A DNA stretch of 64,000 nucleotides from Anaerolineae bacterium (GTDB taxonomy: Bacteria; Chloroflexota; Anaerolineae; Aggregatilineales; Aggregatilineaceae), in assembly GCA_023382715.1 (NCBI GenBank), contig JAHDWP010000003.1:64370-128369 (forward strand). The letters run 5' to 3'. Position 1 is the stretch's first letter; every line of letters begins with the position of its first letter. The notes beneath the pieces were generated by a model, which was not told the origin of the DNA, did not search any database, and saw only the letters and a list, made by a program, of their open reading frames with translations. The position numbers were made by a program, and so were the translations under genes. Positions 10,265 to 20,074 of this stretch are shown here, piece by piece.

Positions 10265-11214
10265 TTGAAAATCTGCTCACGGCAAGCGTTCTGGCTTCGG
10301 GCATCCGGCTGGCAACGCCGTACCTGTACGCAGCCATCGGCGAGACGTTCGGGCAGCGCAGCGGCGTGCTCAACCTCGGCGTGGAAGGCGTGATGCTGAT
10401 GGGCGCGTTCACCTCGCTGTGGGCGGTGCACGAGATCACGCCGGTGGGGGCCACTTCCTATTACGCGCCGGCGCTGCTGGCCGGCGTGCTGGTGGCGCTG
10501 CTGGTGGGGCTGCTCATGGGCCTGGCGACGGCGGTGATCAACGTCACCCTGCAGGCGCAGCAAGGCATCAGCGGCATCGGCATCTACCTGTTCGGCCTGG
10601 GCATGAGCGACCTGCTCTTCCAGAAGGTGTTTCGCGGCCAGGTCATCACCGTCAACGGCTTCCCGAAGGTGAACATCCCCGTGCTGAGCGATCTGCCGGT
10701 GTTGGGCGAAGTCTTCTTCCGGCAGAATCTGCTCGTCTATCTGGCATTTGCCCTGGTGCCGGCGACCTGGTTTGTGCTGAACAAGACCACACTCGGCCTG
10801 AACATCCGCGCTGTCGGCCAGAACCCGGAAGCCGCCGATGCGATGGGCATCAGCGTGACCCGCGTGCGCTACTTCACCGTGACGCTGGGCGGGATGCTGG
10901 CCTCGCTGGCGGGGGCTTCGCTCTCGATCAGCCTGGTCAATGTCTTCCAGCAGAACATGACCGCTGGCCAGGGCTTCATCGCGGTGGCGCTGGTCTATTT
11001 CGGGGCCTGGCAGGCGCGCGGCGTGATGTTCGGCGCGCTGCTTTTCAGCCTGGTCAACGCACTTCAGCTTCAGGTGCGCACCAAAGGCATTGACGTGCCC
11101 GATGAAGCTGCCTCGATGGCGCCGTACCTGCTGACCATCATCGCGCTGATCTTCGCCTCGCGGCGCATTGACCAGCCGGCGGCGCTGACCAAGCCGTTCG
11201 AACGCGGCGAATGA
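10261..11214 (+). CDS. ABC transporter permease (second subunit)
   Basis: 317 aa multi-TM protein, translationally coupled to the preceding permease. Confidence 0.85.
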   Translation: MIENLLTASVLASGIRLATPYLYAAIGETFGQRSGVLNLGVEGVMLMGAFTSLWAVHEITPVGATSYYAPALLAGVLVALLVGLLMGLATAVINVTLQAQQGISGIGIYLFGLGMSDLLFQKVFRGQVITVNGFPKVNIPVLSDLPVLGEVFFRQNLLVYLAFALVPATWFVLNKTTLGLNIRAVGQNPEAADAMGISVTRVRYFTVTLGGMLASLAGASLSISLVNVFQQNMTAGQGFIAVALVYFGAWQARGVMFGALLFSLVNALQLQVRTKGIDVPDEAASMAPYLLTIIALIFASRRIDQPAALTKPFERGE

Positions 11215-11314
11215 CACGGGAGTTGGACCTGGCCTGTCCCCGGCGAGCGCGCCGGGCCGGGCCAGTGAGAATCGTTTCGTGCCTGTCTTAGTGTTTCCAG
11301 GAGGATCTCAACCC

Positions 11315-12349
11315 ATGAAGAAACTCGCTTTGCTCTTGACTATCGTGCTCGTCGCTGCCATCGCGGTGCCAGCCTTCACCGCGCCCGTTCAGGCGCAGGA
11401 CAAACTGCGCGTGGCCGTGGTAACCCCCAGCACCAAGAGCGACCTGGCCTTCAGCCAGAGCATCTACGATGCGCTGATCGCCGTCCAGGAAGAGCGTGGT
11501 GAGGAGAACTTCGAGTTCGTCCTCTCCGAGAATATGTTCGTCGTCGAAGACGCGGCGACCGCGCTGCGCGACTACGCCAGCCAGGGCTACGACCTGGTGA
11601 TCGCGCATGGCTCGCAGTATGGCTCGTCGCTGCTCGACATCGCCCCCGACTTCCCCGACACAGCCTTCGCCTGGGGCACCACGGTGGACACCTACCAGGA
11701 TCAGGGCATCACCAACGTCTACGCCTACGAGGCCCGCTCTGAAGAGGGCGCCTTCGTCCAGGGCGTGATGGCTGCCCTGCTCAGCGAGAGCAAGGTCGTC
11801 GGCATCATCGGCCCGATCGAGACGGGCGACGCCAAGCTCTATGTGGACGGCTTCAAGGCCGGCGTGCTGTGGCAGGACCCGGAGATCGAGGTGCTGGTCA
11901 ACTACATCCAGTCGTTCAGCGACCTGGCCCTGGCTGCGGCGGCGGCTGAGGCGATGCTGGCCGAGGGCGCGGACGTGCTCTCTGGCTCGGCGCAGATGGT
12001 CCCCGGCGCGGTGAACAAGGCCAAGGAAGCCGGCGCGCTGTGGTTTGGCACGCAGTCCAACCAGACCACGCTCTCCCCGGAAATCGTGGTCTCCAGCCAG
12101 GTCTACAACTGGGTTGACGTGCTCAACGCGATCATCGCGGACGTGGAAGCCGGCGAGATCAACGGCGTGTCGTTTGCGCTGACGCTGGAGAACGACGGCC
12201 TGCTGATCGAGTTCAACGAGGACTTCGAGCTGGACGAGGACGTGCAAGAGGCTGCTGAAGAAGTGATGCAGGCCATCATTGATGGCGACATCAGCTTCGA
12301 GGTTGACGAAGAGGGCGTGCTGACCGTCGTCGAGGCCGAGGCCGAGTAA
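11315..12349 (+). CDS. BMP-family ABC transporter substrate-binding protein
   Basis: AGGAGG 8 nt upstream of ATG 11315. Signal peptide MKKLALLLTIVLVAAIAVPAFTAPVQA. Body resembles basic-membrane-protein/PnrA-like binding proteins. Acidic C-terminal tail. Confidence 0.85.
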   Translation: MKKLALLLTIVLVAAIAVPAFTAPVQAQDKLRVAVVTPSTKSDLAFSQSIYDALIAVQEERGEENFEFVLSENMFVVEDAATALRDYASQGYDLVIAHGSQYGSSLLDIAPDFPDTAFAWGTTVDTYQDQGITNVYAYEARSEEGAFVQGVMAALLSESKVVGIIGPIETGDAKLYVDGFKAGVLWQDPEIEVLVNYIQSFSDLALAAAAAEAMLAEGADVLSGSAQMVPGAVNKAKEAGALWFGTQSNQTTLSPEIVVSSQVYNWVDVLNAIIADVEAGEINGVSFALTLENDGLLIEFNEDFELDEDVQEAAEEVMQAIIDGDISFEVDEEGVLTVVEAEAE

Positions 12350-12370
12350 CGGGGACGCCTCAAGGACTAA

Positions 12371-12404
12371 GAGGGACGCCGCTCCAGCCGGGGCGGCGTC
12401 CCTC
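12371..12404. terminator. 12-bp GC stem-loop after the binding-protein gene
   Basis: GAGGGACGCCGC-tccagccggg-GCGGCGTCCCTC. No clear U-tract on either strand. Confidence 0.45.
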
Positions 12405-12525
12405 CTGTCGCAGTGATTGACTGCCCTGTGTTGCCAGCTTCAGAGGGCGGTTCCTATGGAATCACTCGCTATCCGAAATAAAATCACCACCTGCGGCACA
12501 TTCGTGCTTTCAGTGGTTCATTTAA

Positions 12526-12534
12526 ATTATAGCA
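12526..12534 (-). promoter_or_regulatory. extended -10 element TGCTATAAT on the minus strand
   Basis: Reverse complement of attatagca. Lies in a low-GC spacer and points back toward the 12371-12404 hairpin. Confidence 0.3.
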
Positions 12535-12737
12535 TACTTGTCGAGTGTTGAAATGTTTCGAAGTGTATTTCACGATGGGGCGAAATACCTGGGCCGCAGA
12601 GACGTATGAGAACATAGAGCAGACCTGTGCAGACTCCTTGCTTTTCTCTGCGCTCTCCGCGCCTGTGCGATGATGCTTTGCTCCAGAACTGAAATGCCTC
12701 CTGTTTCGCCTGGGCCAGTTTCCACGGGATTGTTGCC

Positions 12738-14306
12738 ATGACCAAGTCCACGAACGACCACAAGCTGCTCCCGACCGGGCACGAACGCATTGACCACATG
12801 GAGATGCGCGGCATTGTCAAGCAATTTCCCGGCGTGCTGGCCGTTAATCATGTAGATTTCGACGTGCGCGCGGGCGAAGTCCACGCCCTGCTAGGCGAGA
12901 ACGGCGCTGGCAAAAGCACGCTGATGAAGATTCTTTACGGGCTGTACCATCCCAACGAGGGCGAGATCTTCCTCGACGGCGAGCGCACATCGATCAAGTC
13001 TCCGTCGGGCGCCATCGCGCGCGGCATCGGCATGATCCACCAGCACTTCATGCTCGTCCCTTCGCTGACGGTGGCCGAGAACGTCGCCCTGGGCCTCAAG
13101 TCCACGCGCGCGCCGCTGCTCGACCTGGATGTGGTCTCGGCGCGCATCAGAGAGCTGACTAAGACCTACGGCCTGCAGGTGGACCCGGACACGCCCGTCT
13201 GGCAGTTGGCGGTGGGCGAGCGGCAGCGCGTCGAGATTCTCAAAGCGCTCTATCGTGGCGCAGCGCTGCTCATCCTCGACGAGCCGACCGCCGTGCTCAC
13301 CCCGCAGGAAGTGAACGATCTCTTCGGGACGCTGCGCCAGATGGTCAGCGACGGGCACGCCCTGATCTTCATCTCGCACAAGCTGCACGAGGTGCTGGCC
13401 ATCAGCCACCGCGTCACCGTGCTGCGCGATGGGCGTCTGGTCGGGTCGGTGCCCACCGCCGAAGCGACCAAAGCCAGCCTGGCCCGCATGATGGTCGGGC
13501 GCGAAGTGCTGCTCACCTACGACATCAAGGCGCAGCAGGCCGGCGACTCCCGCCTGAAGCTGGAGGGCGTGCGCGCCGCCAGCGATCGCGGCACCGAGGC
13601 GCTGCGCGGGATCAACCTGGAAGTGCGCGCGGGCGAAATCCTGGGGCTGGCCGGAGTCTCTGGCAACGGGCAGCGCGAGCTGGCCGAGGTCATCTTCGGG
13701 CTGCGTCCGGCGACGGCAGGATCAGTCCTGCTCGACGGGCAGAATGTGGCGGGCAAAGCGCCGGACGTGCTCAACAAGCTGGGCCTGTCCTACATCCCCG
13801 AAGAGCGCATGACCGACGGCGTGATTGAAGATTTCACCGTGGCCGAAAACCTGATGCTCCAGGAGCACGGGCAGCGGCCCTACGCCTACAACATCTTCCT
13901 GAACTCGCGGGCCGTCGGCCATCGCTGCGCCGAGCTGATCCGCAGCTTCAGCATCCGCACGCCCACCCAGGAGACGCCGATCAAGAGTCTCTCCGGCGGC
14001 AACATCCAGAAGCTGGTGCTGGCCCGCGAACTGGCCCGCAAGCCGTCCGTGCTCATCGCGGCGCAGCCGACGCGCGGCGTGGACATCGGCGCGACGGAGT
14101 ACATCCACCAGCGCCTGCTCGAACAGCGCGCCAAGGGCACCGCAACCCTGCTGATCTCGGAAGACCTCGACGAAATCCTGGCCCTGGCCGACCGCATCGC
14201 CGTGATTTACGAGGGCGAAATCGTCGGCGTGGTGAGCCGGGCAGAGGCCGACGTGGAGACGTTGGGGCTGATGATGGCCGGCGTGCACCGCCAGGCTGCT
14301 GGCTGA
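12738..14306 (+). CDS. ABC transporter ATP-binding protein (duplicated ATPase, CUT2/BMP type)
   Basis: 522 aa with two nucleotide-binding domains (GENGAGKST Walker A, LSGGNIQK signature in the second half). Confidence 0.92.
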   Translation: MTKSTNDHKLLPTGHERIDHMEMRGIVKQFPGVLAVNHVDFDVRAGEVHALLGENGAGKSTLMKILYGLYHPNEGEIFLDGERTSIKSPSGAIARGIGMIHQHFMLVPSLTVAENVALGLKSTRAPLLDLDVVSARIRELTKTYGLQVDPDTPVWQLAVGERQRVEILKALYRGAALLILDEPTAVLTPQEVNDLFGTLRQMVSDGHALIFISHKLHEVLAISHRVTVLRDGRLVGSVPTAEATKASLARMMVGREVLLTYDIKAQQAGDSRLKLEGVRAASDRGTEALRGINLEVRAGEILGLAGVSGNGQRELAEVIFGLRPATAGSVLLDGQNVAGKAPDVLNKLGLSYIPEERMTDGVIEDFTVAENLMLQEHGQRPYAYNIFLNSRAVGHRCAELIRSFSIRTPTQETPIKSLSGGNIQKLVLARELARKPSVLIAAQPTRGVDIGATEYIHQRLLEQRAKGTATLLISEDLDEILALADRIAVIYEGEIVGVVSRAEADVETLGLMMAGVHRQAAG

Positions 14307-14333
14307 GCGAGGAGCCGGCCCGGCTCGCGCTGC

Positions 14334-15101
14334 CTACCCGTCTTCGCGACGCAGCCGCCGCAGGAACTCGACGCTCTGCAGGCGCTGTTCGAGCACGTAA
14401 GTCAGATAGGCCAGCAGCAATCGCTCCAGCTCCAGGTGCAGCGCCGCGCCGATATTCACCCCCTGCACCGCCTTCCAGGGCTGCGTCTGCATGTAGCGCA
14501 GCACCTTGAGCGCCGGCAGGCTGATCGGCAGGCCGCGATCCAGCCCCGCATGATGATTGGGGCAAATCACCCCGCCGTCGGGCGGGCTGAAGAACTGATC
14601 CTGCGGCTGCACGTCTTCCTGGCCGATGGCGCACTGGTGCAGCGACGGCGCAAACCCGGCCAGCCCCAGCAGCCCCAGCTCAAAGTAGCGGGCGATGGAG
14701 CGCGGGTCGGCGCTGGTGCACAGCCGTTCCAGGCTGCTCACCAACAGCTCGAACTCGGCCCGACTCGCGTCGTGCTCGCCCGTGAAGCGATCTATCAGCT
14801 CCACGAAGTGGCTGGCGTAGCTGCTGCGCACCAGGTCTTCGCGCAGAGCCAGGAACGGCTCGCGCGTCTCGGCCTCGCGGACCGTGTACCATTCCCGCCC
14901 GCGCGCAAGCTGCATGTCCACCAGGGCGTAAAGCTCCAGGTGCCCGGCCTTGCGCGCGAACGGCTTGCGCGCGCCTTTGGCCAGGGCGCGCAGCTTGCCG
15001 TGCCCCGCCGTCAGCAGGACGAGCAGGCGATCCGCCTCCCCGTAGTCCTGGCGGCGCAGGATCACGACGTCCGTGCGGAGAGTGCGCTCACGATCCGGCA
15101 C
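14334..15101 (-). CDS. recO: DNA repair protein RecO
   Basis: 255 aa. N-terminal OB-fold region DVVILRRQDYGEADRLLVLLTAGHGKLRALAKGARK is typical of RecO. Confidence 0.88.
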   Translation of the reverse strand: MPDRERTLRTDVVILRRQDYGEADRLLVLLTAGHGKLRALAKGARKPFARKAGHLELYALVDMQLARGREWYTVREAETREPFLALREDLVRSSYASHFVELIDRFTGEHDASRAEFELLVSSLERLCTSADPRSIARYFELGLLGLAGFAPSLHQCAIGQEDVQPQDQFFSPPDGGVICPNHHAGLDRGLPISLPALKVLRYMQTQPWKAVQGVNIGAALHLELERLLLAYLTYVLEQRLQSVEFLRRLRREDG

Positions 15102-15543
15102 GCTGTCCCTCGGCCAGCTTCTGGGGGCCGAAGCCGAGCGGCAGCAGGTCGCTCAGCGTCCCCTCCCAGAGCACCTCGCCCTGCGCGTTGGCGACGATAA
15201 CGATCAGCGACGGGGCGAACTCAAAAAGCACCTGGCGGCAGATGCCGCACGGCGCGGCCCCATTGCTGGTCGCGACGGCGATGGCGCGAAAATCGCTCTC
15301 GCCTTCGCTCACCGCTTTGAAAACAGCCGTGCGCTCGGCGCAGACCGTCGCCCCATAAGAGGCGATCTCGATGTTGCAGCCGGTGTACAGCGTGCCAGGC
15401 GCGGTCAGCAGCGCCGCGCCGACCGCATAGCCCGAATAGGGGCTGTAGGCGCGCTGACGAGCCGCTACCGCCGCCTCAACCAGGCGGCGGCGCAGATCGT
15501 CAGGCAGCACAGGAGTAATCAGTTCAGCCATTGGCAGCGCCAC
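15088..15543 (-). CDS. cdd: cytidine deaminase
   Basis: 151 aa, GTG start. Zinc ligand motifs CAERTA and PCGICRQVL. Overlaps recO by 14 nt. Confidence 0.92.
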   Translation of the reverse strand: MALPMAELITPVLPDDLRRRLVEAAVAARQRAYSPYSGYAVGAALLTAPGTLYTGCNIEIASYGATVCAERTAVFKAVSEGESDFRAIAVATSNGAAPCGICRQVLFEFAPSLIVIVANAQGEVLWEGTLSDLLPLGFGPQKLAEGQRAGS

Positions 15544-15578
15544 ATCTTTCTATGATCACCGTATCACGAAGGATCGCC

Positions 15579-15594
15579 CAGTATAGCAGAGAAC
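15579..15594 (-). promoter_or_regulatory. conserved 16-mer GTTCTCTGCTATACTG containing extended -10 TGCTATACT
   Basis: -10 ends 37 nt upstream of the cdd start. 15 of 16 nt identical to the element at 24535-24550. Confidence 0.4.
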
Positions 15595-15728
15595 GCCCCC
15601 CCACGCCGGAGATGCATTCTCTGGGTGCCCGATACGGCGATCCATTGCCCCGGCGCGCCTGTCTGCGGTATGCTGGGCGGCATTGCACCGTCCGCTGTAG
15701 CCGGCCCAAGCTGGAGAGGACTCATTCT

Positions 15729-15806
15729 ATGGACCCTAACGCGCTGATCGCCCTGCTCATCGGCCTGGTCGTGCTCGTCGTGCTGCTGGGACGGGGTTCA
15801 TACTGA
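15729..15806 (+). CDS. possible 25-aa single-TM peptide
   Basis: MDPNALIALLIGLVVLVVLLGRGSY, preceded by GGAGAGGA. Too short to validate. Confidence 0.25.
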   Translation: MDPNALIALLIGLVVLVVLLGRGSY

Positions 15807-15824
15807 CACGCGAAGGAAACGCTG

Positions 15825-16694
15825 TTGAAAGTGCTCACCACAGACGGCGCTGCCCTGGGCCGAGCGCGCGTTATATCCGCCCTGGCAGGAGCCGCGCTCG
15901 CGCTGGCTGGTTACGCCTGGCAGGTGGAGACGCGCCGGCTGCGCATCACGCGCCTGACGATACGCCTGCCAGGGTTGCCCCCCGCCTTTGAGGGCTATCG
16001 CATCGCCCACCTGTCCGATCTGCATCTGGGCGTGCGCATGAACTACGCCCGCCTGCCGTTGATCGTCGCCGCTGTTCAGCGCGAGCGTCCCGACCTGATC
16101 GTCCTCACCGGCGACTTCGCGACCGGCACGCGCGACGGCCTGACCGAAGGGCCGGCGCTGCTGAGCGCGCTGCGCGCCCTCGACGGCGTCTGGGCCGTGC
16201 TCGGCAACCACGACCACGTCGCCGGGGCGAATCGCGTGACGACCATGCTGGACGCGGCGGGGATCGGGCTGCTGCACAACACATCGCACACGCTGCGGCG
16301 CGGCGACGACACGTTGGTGCTGGCCGGCGTAGACGACGCCGTACAGGGCGCGCCGGACTTGCGCGCGGCCCTGGAAGGCGCTCCGCCCGACCAGCCGGCC
16401 ATCCTGCTCGCCCACACGCCCGATTTCGCCCCGCGCGCTGCCGCCGACCCGCGCGTCGCCCTGCAGCTTTCCGGGCATTCGCACGGCGGGCAGGTCTGTC
16501 TGCCCGGCGGACGCCCGCTCGTCCTGCCGCGCGGCGGCAAGGCCTACCCGGCGGGGCTGTACGCCATCGGCGACTTGCAGCTTTTCGTCACGGTGGGGAC
16601 GGGCACCAGTTGGCTCGTCGCCCGCCTCAACTGCCGCCCGGAATTCGCCATGATCACGCTGGCGGCAGACCCCGCGCAACAAAAGATCGTCTAG
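15825..16694 (+). CDS. metallophosphoesterase (calcineurin-like)
   Basis: HLSDLHLG, TGDF, GNHD and GHSHGGQ motifs. TTG start per ORF track. Confidence 0.88.
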   Translation: MKVLTTDGAALGRARVISALAGAALALAGYAWQVETRRLRITRLTIRLPGLPPAFEGYRIAHLSDLHLGVRMNYARLPLIVAAVQRERPDLIVLTGDFATGTRDGLTEGPALLSALRALDGVWAVLGNHDHVAGANRVTTMLDAAGIGLLHNTSHTLRRGDDTLVLAGVDDAVQGAPDLRAALEGAPPDQPAILLAHTPDFAPRAAADPRVALQLSGHSHGGQVCLPGGRPLVLPRGGKAYPAGLYAIGDLQLFVTVGTGTSWLVARLNCRPEFAMITLAADPAQQKIV

Positions 16695-16697
16695 GCG

Positions 16698-17585
16698 ATG
16701 AGCGCGATTTCTCGTATACTTGGGGACATTCGCCGGACAGTCCGGCGTATTGTGTGGCTATTGCTCCTGAGGACGGTACAGCAAACGATGTCTATCGTGC
16801 GCACCTCTCCGATTCTGCCGCCCGACCAGCGGCCCGCCTGGGATACGATCCTGCCCATGCCCGCCTCGCGCGTCTCGACGCGCAAGCCGATCATCGTGGG
16901 GCACCGGGGTGCTGCCGGGCTGGCCCCCGAAAACACGCTCGAAGGGTTCCAGGTCGCGCTGGACCTGGCCGTAGACGGCATCGAGCTTGATGTGCAGCGC
17001 AGCAAGGATGGCGCTCTCATCGTCTTTCACGACGAAGACCTGGAGCGCCTGACGAACGGGACGGGCAAGCTGTGGGATAAGACGCTGGACGAGCTGAAGG
17101 CGCTCACTGTCGTGACCCCGCACGAGGACTATCACGACGTGCGCATCCCCACCCTGCGCGAGACGTTCGAGTTTCTGCGCGCCACCGATCAGCTTCTGAT
17201 GATCGAACTCAAAGAACCCTGGCGCTACCCCGGCGTCGAAGAACAGATCGTCGCGCTGATCCGCGAGTTCGACCTGGCGGAGCGGACGCAGGTGCGCGCC
17301 TTCTACCACGACGCGCTGCACACCATTCACCGCCTGGCCCCGGAGATCGCGCTCTCGGAGCTGTGGCTGGATCGCCTGCCGGAAGACGACGAGGTGATCT
17401 ACAAGACGGTCAACTCCCATCACATCCTCTTCACAGCAGACAACGTCGCCCGGCTGCACCGGCGCGGCGTAGAGGTGACCGCCTGGACGGTCAACGAGCT
17501 GGAGGACGCGCGGCGGCTGGTCGCGATCGGCATAGACGGGCTGACCACCAATTTCCCGGATCGACTGCTGACCCTCTTTTCGTGA
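16698..17585 (+). CDS. glycerophosphodiester phosphodiesterase family protein
   Basis: IVGHRGAAGLAPENTLEGF...DGIELDV GDPD catalytic motifs. True start may be an internal Met. Confidence 0.85.
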   Translation: MSAISRILGDIRRTVRRIVWLLLLRTVQQTMSIVRTSPILPPDQRPAWDTILPMPASRVSTRKPIIVGHRGAAGLAPENTLEGFQVALDLAVDGIELDVQRSKDGALIVFHDEDLERLTNGTGKLWDKTLDELKALTVVTPHEDYHDVRIPTLRETFEFLRATDQLLMIELKEPWRYPGVEEQIVALIREFDLAERTQVRAFYHDALHTIHRLAPEIALSELWLDRLPEDDEVIYKTVNSHHILFTADNVARLHRRGVEVTAWTVNELEDARRLVAIGIDGLTTNFPDRLLTLFS

Positions 17586-17636
17586 TCGAGCGCGCGCGGC
17601 CCCAGGGTCGCGCGCGGGTTTTGGGGCGCAAGACTC

Positions 17637-18113
17637 GTGCACTATTGGATTGACGGCCACAATCTGATCGGCCAGCTTCCCGGCATCAGCCTGCAAGACC
17701 CGGACGACGAAGCCAGGCTGGTGGGCTGGCTCAAACAGGTCATGGCCCGCAAGAACGATCGCTGCACGGTGTTCTTCGACGCGGGGCTGCCGGGCGGCCT
17801 GGCGCGCGATCTGTCGTCGAGCCGGGTGCGGGTCGTCTTCGCGCACGGCCGCACCGATGCCGACGCCCTGATCATGGGCCGCATTCGCAAAGCGCCCGAT
17901 CCTAGCGCGGCGACGGTGGTCAGCGACGACCGGGAGGTGCGAGAAGCCGCACTCCAGCGCCGGATGCGCGTCCTGGGCGCGCTGGAGTTCGCGCGCCTGC
18001 TGAGCGCCCGCCCATCGCCTGCTGATGCGGATGCCAAAGACCCTAACCCGCGCCCCTCTCCGCAAGAGACGGCCTATTGGATGGCCGAGTTCGGCGCCGA
18101 AGAGGACGACTGA
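17637..18113 (+). CDS. NYN/YacP-like (PIN-fold) RNA-binding or ribonuclease-like protein
   Basis: 158 aa. N-terminal YWIDGHNLIGQLPG resembles the YacP/Rae1 DGYN motif. Confidence 0.6.
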   Translation: MHYWIDGHNLIGQLPGISLQDPDDEARLVGWLKQVMARKNDRCTVFFDAGLPGGLARDLSSSRVRVVFAHGRTDADALIMGRIRKAPDPSAATVVSDDREVREAALQRRMRVLGALEFARLLSARPSPADADAKDPNPRPSPQETAYWMAEFGAEEDD

Positions 18114-18480
18114 GGCCGGCGTCGTTCTGGGAATGGTATTTCTCACAGTCCTCTCATATTTCATTCACGAGAATCTAAGATGCGCGATCTATCATGATGC
18201 ATGAAGCGTCTCTTCCTGATCGGATGCAGTGGCTCATGTACTGGGACAGAAGTGGCTTGACGGAAGGGAAAAGAGACGCTTTGGCCTAGCATATGCACGG
18301 AGATGCGCGTCGCCGGTAGCGTTGTTAGGCCTACAACCAGGGTCGTTTGTGGTGCCCCCCCCTCGCCACAAACGATCCTTTCATTTGGGGTGGTGCTCAG
18401 CGGCCAGCCATCCGCGAAAAGCCGGGCCGGGCGACGTGGCGGCGCCCCGCCCGGCGCGCGCAATCTGCCCGCCGGACAAC

Positions 18481-18514
18481 AAAAAAACCTTTCTCCAGCC
18501 CGGCTGGAGAAAGG
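18481..18514 (-). terminator. rho-independent terminator of the PDZ gene
   Basis: On the minus strand CCTTTCTCCAGC-cgg-GCTGGAGAAAGG is followed by TTTTTTT, 30 nt after the stop at 18544. Confidence 0.8.
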
Positions 18515-18543
18515 TTGCGGGATGAGGCGTATGCCGGAACGCG

Positions 18544-19836
18544 CTAGGCCGACTGGCCGGGCACGGCGGGCTGCACCTCAATCTCAGGCACCTGGAAGTC
18601 AAACAGGTTCCCCTGGCCCAATCCCCGGTTCTGGCGACCACGGAAGTGCTTCTCCATGAATGGGTGCTGGTCGAGAAACTCTTCCAACTGCCCCTTCCAG
18701 TCGAAGTTGTGCCCCTGGCCCATGCCGCCCCAGCCGCGCATATGGTCCCACATCTCCGGCCAGCCCTCAAAGGGGTGACCAGGCAGCATCATCCCGCCCC
18801 ACAACGGGACTCCGCTCGGCCCCAGCGTCACCTCGATGGCCAGTTCTTCCTCGCCGCGCAGCACGGTCAGCGTCACCACGTCGCCCTCGTCATAGGCGTA
18901 CAGCCGTTCGGGCAGCGTGCGCCGCGCGTCCACGACATCACCTTCTACAGCCACGATGATGTCATCCACCTGTAGCCCGGCCTGCGCAGCGGGCGTGTCC
19001 TCGTAGACCTCGAGGATCAGCGCGCCCTCGGTCACCGGCAGACCTTGCTCGGCGGCCAGGTCGGCGTCAATCGTCTGGAAGCTGACGCCAAGCTGCGACG
19101 GGCGCGTAGCGGGCATCATGGGCATGATGCCCTGCGCCCCGCCGAACACCGTCGCCGGATCAATCGAGATCTCGATCTCCTCGCCGCCGCGCTGCACAGT
19201 GAAGACCAGCGGATCGCCGCCGAAGCGGAACAGGCGCATCATCATGCCGGGCAGATCGGTATCAATCGGCTCGCCATTGATGGCGGTGATCACGTCGCCT
19301 TCCGCAAAGCCTGCGTCTGCCAGCGGCGAGTCCGGGGCAATCGCCTGGACGAGCAGGCCCTCGTCCGTGACCTCCAGATCGAGGCCAAGCAGGTTTAGCG
19401 CGCCGCGCAGCGCGGGGCCAGTCTCTGGCACGAGGTCCGTCACGCTGGGCTGCTCGCCGAGCGCCACCACCACCTCGCGCGCTTCGCCGCGCCAGGCGAC
19501 CGTCAGGGTCACCTCGTCTCCGGGCGCATACGAGCCGATCACCTCGACAAGCTGTGCGGCGGTCTCGATGGCCGTCTCGTCAACCGCCTGGATCACATCA
19601 CCTCGCCGCAACCCCACTTCTTCGGCGGGCGAGCCAGGCACCACCATGCGCACGATCACGCCGTCGTCGCTGTCGGCCACCGACACACCCAGCCATGCCT
19701 GGGCGTCTGCCTGGGCAGCCTGCCCGGTGCGGGGCGCCTGGTTCGCGGCGCTGGCGCTCAGAACGCTCAGGCCGCTCAAAGCTAACGCAGTGGTTAGCAA
19801 AGCAATCAGAGTGCGCTTTTGCAGCATACCAATCAT
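18544..19836 (-). CDS. secreted triple-PDZ protein without protease domain, with Gly/Met/His/Trp-rich C-terminal tail
   Basis: Signal peptide, then three PDZ-like units (GVIVRMVVPGSPAEEVGLRRGDVI, LVQAIAPDSPLADAGFAEGDVI, LILEVYEDTPAAQAGLQVDDII). No trypsin-like His/Asp/Ser domain. Confidence 0.8.
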   Translation of the reverse strand: MIGMLQKRTLIALLTTALALSGLSVLSASAANQAPRTGQAAQADAQAWLGVSVADSDDGVIVRMVVPGSPAEEVGLRRGDVIQAVDETAIETAAQLVEVIGSYAPGDEVTLTVAWRGEAREVVVALGEQPSVTDLVPETGPALRGALNLLGLDLEVTDEGLLVQAIAPDSPLADAGFAEGDVITAINGEPIDTDLPGMMMRLFRFGGDPLVFTVQRGGEEIEISIDPATVFGGAQGIMPMMPATRPSQLGVSFQTIDADLAAEQGLPVTEGALILEVYEDTPAAQAGLQVDDIIVAVEGDVVDARRTLPERLYAYDEGDVVTLTVLRGEEELAIEVTLGPSGVPLWGGMMLPGHPFEGWPEMWDHMRGWGGMGQGHNFDWKGQLEEFLDQHPFMEKHFRGRQNRGLGQGNLFDFQVPEIEVQPAVPGQSA

Positions 19837-20074
19837 CTCCTTGGTACATACTCTCCACCACTATCCGTTAGAGTGCCGCTGATTTGTAAAAACTGTGTAA
19901 CCCCAACCTAAGAATGCGCTTAGAAATGCAGGGGTCTCAGCAGGAGCCGCTACTGTTTCCCCTCATCCTCCAGCCCCCTCAGCCCTCCAGGGGGAGAAGA
20001 GGGGCAAGGCACGCAGTTCCCCTCGCCCCATTGAGAGCTGAGGGACACAAGGGTGAAGGCTTCCCTACCCGCTC

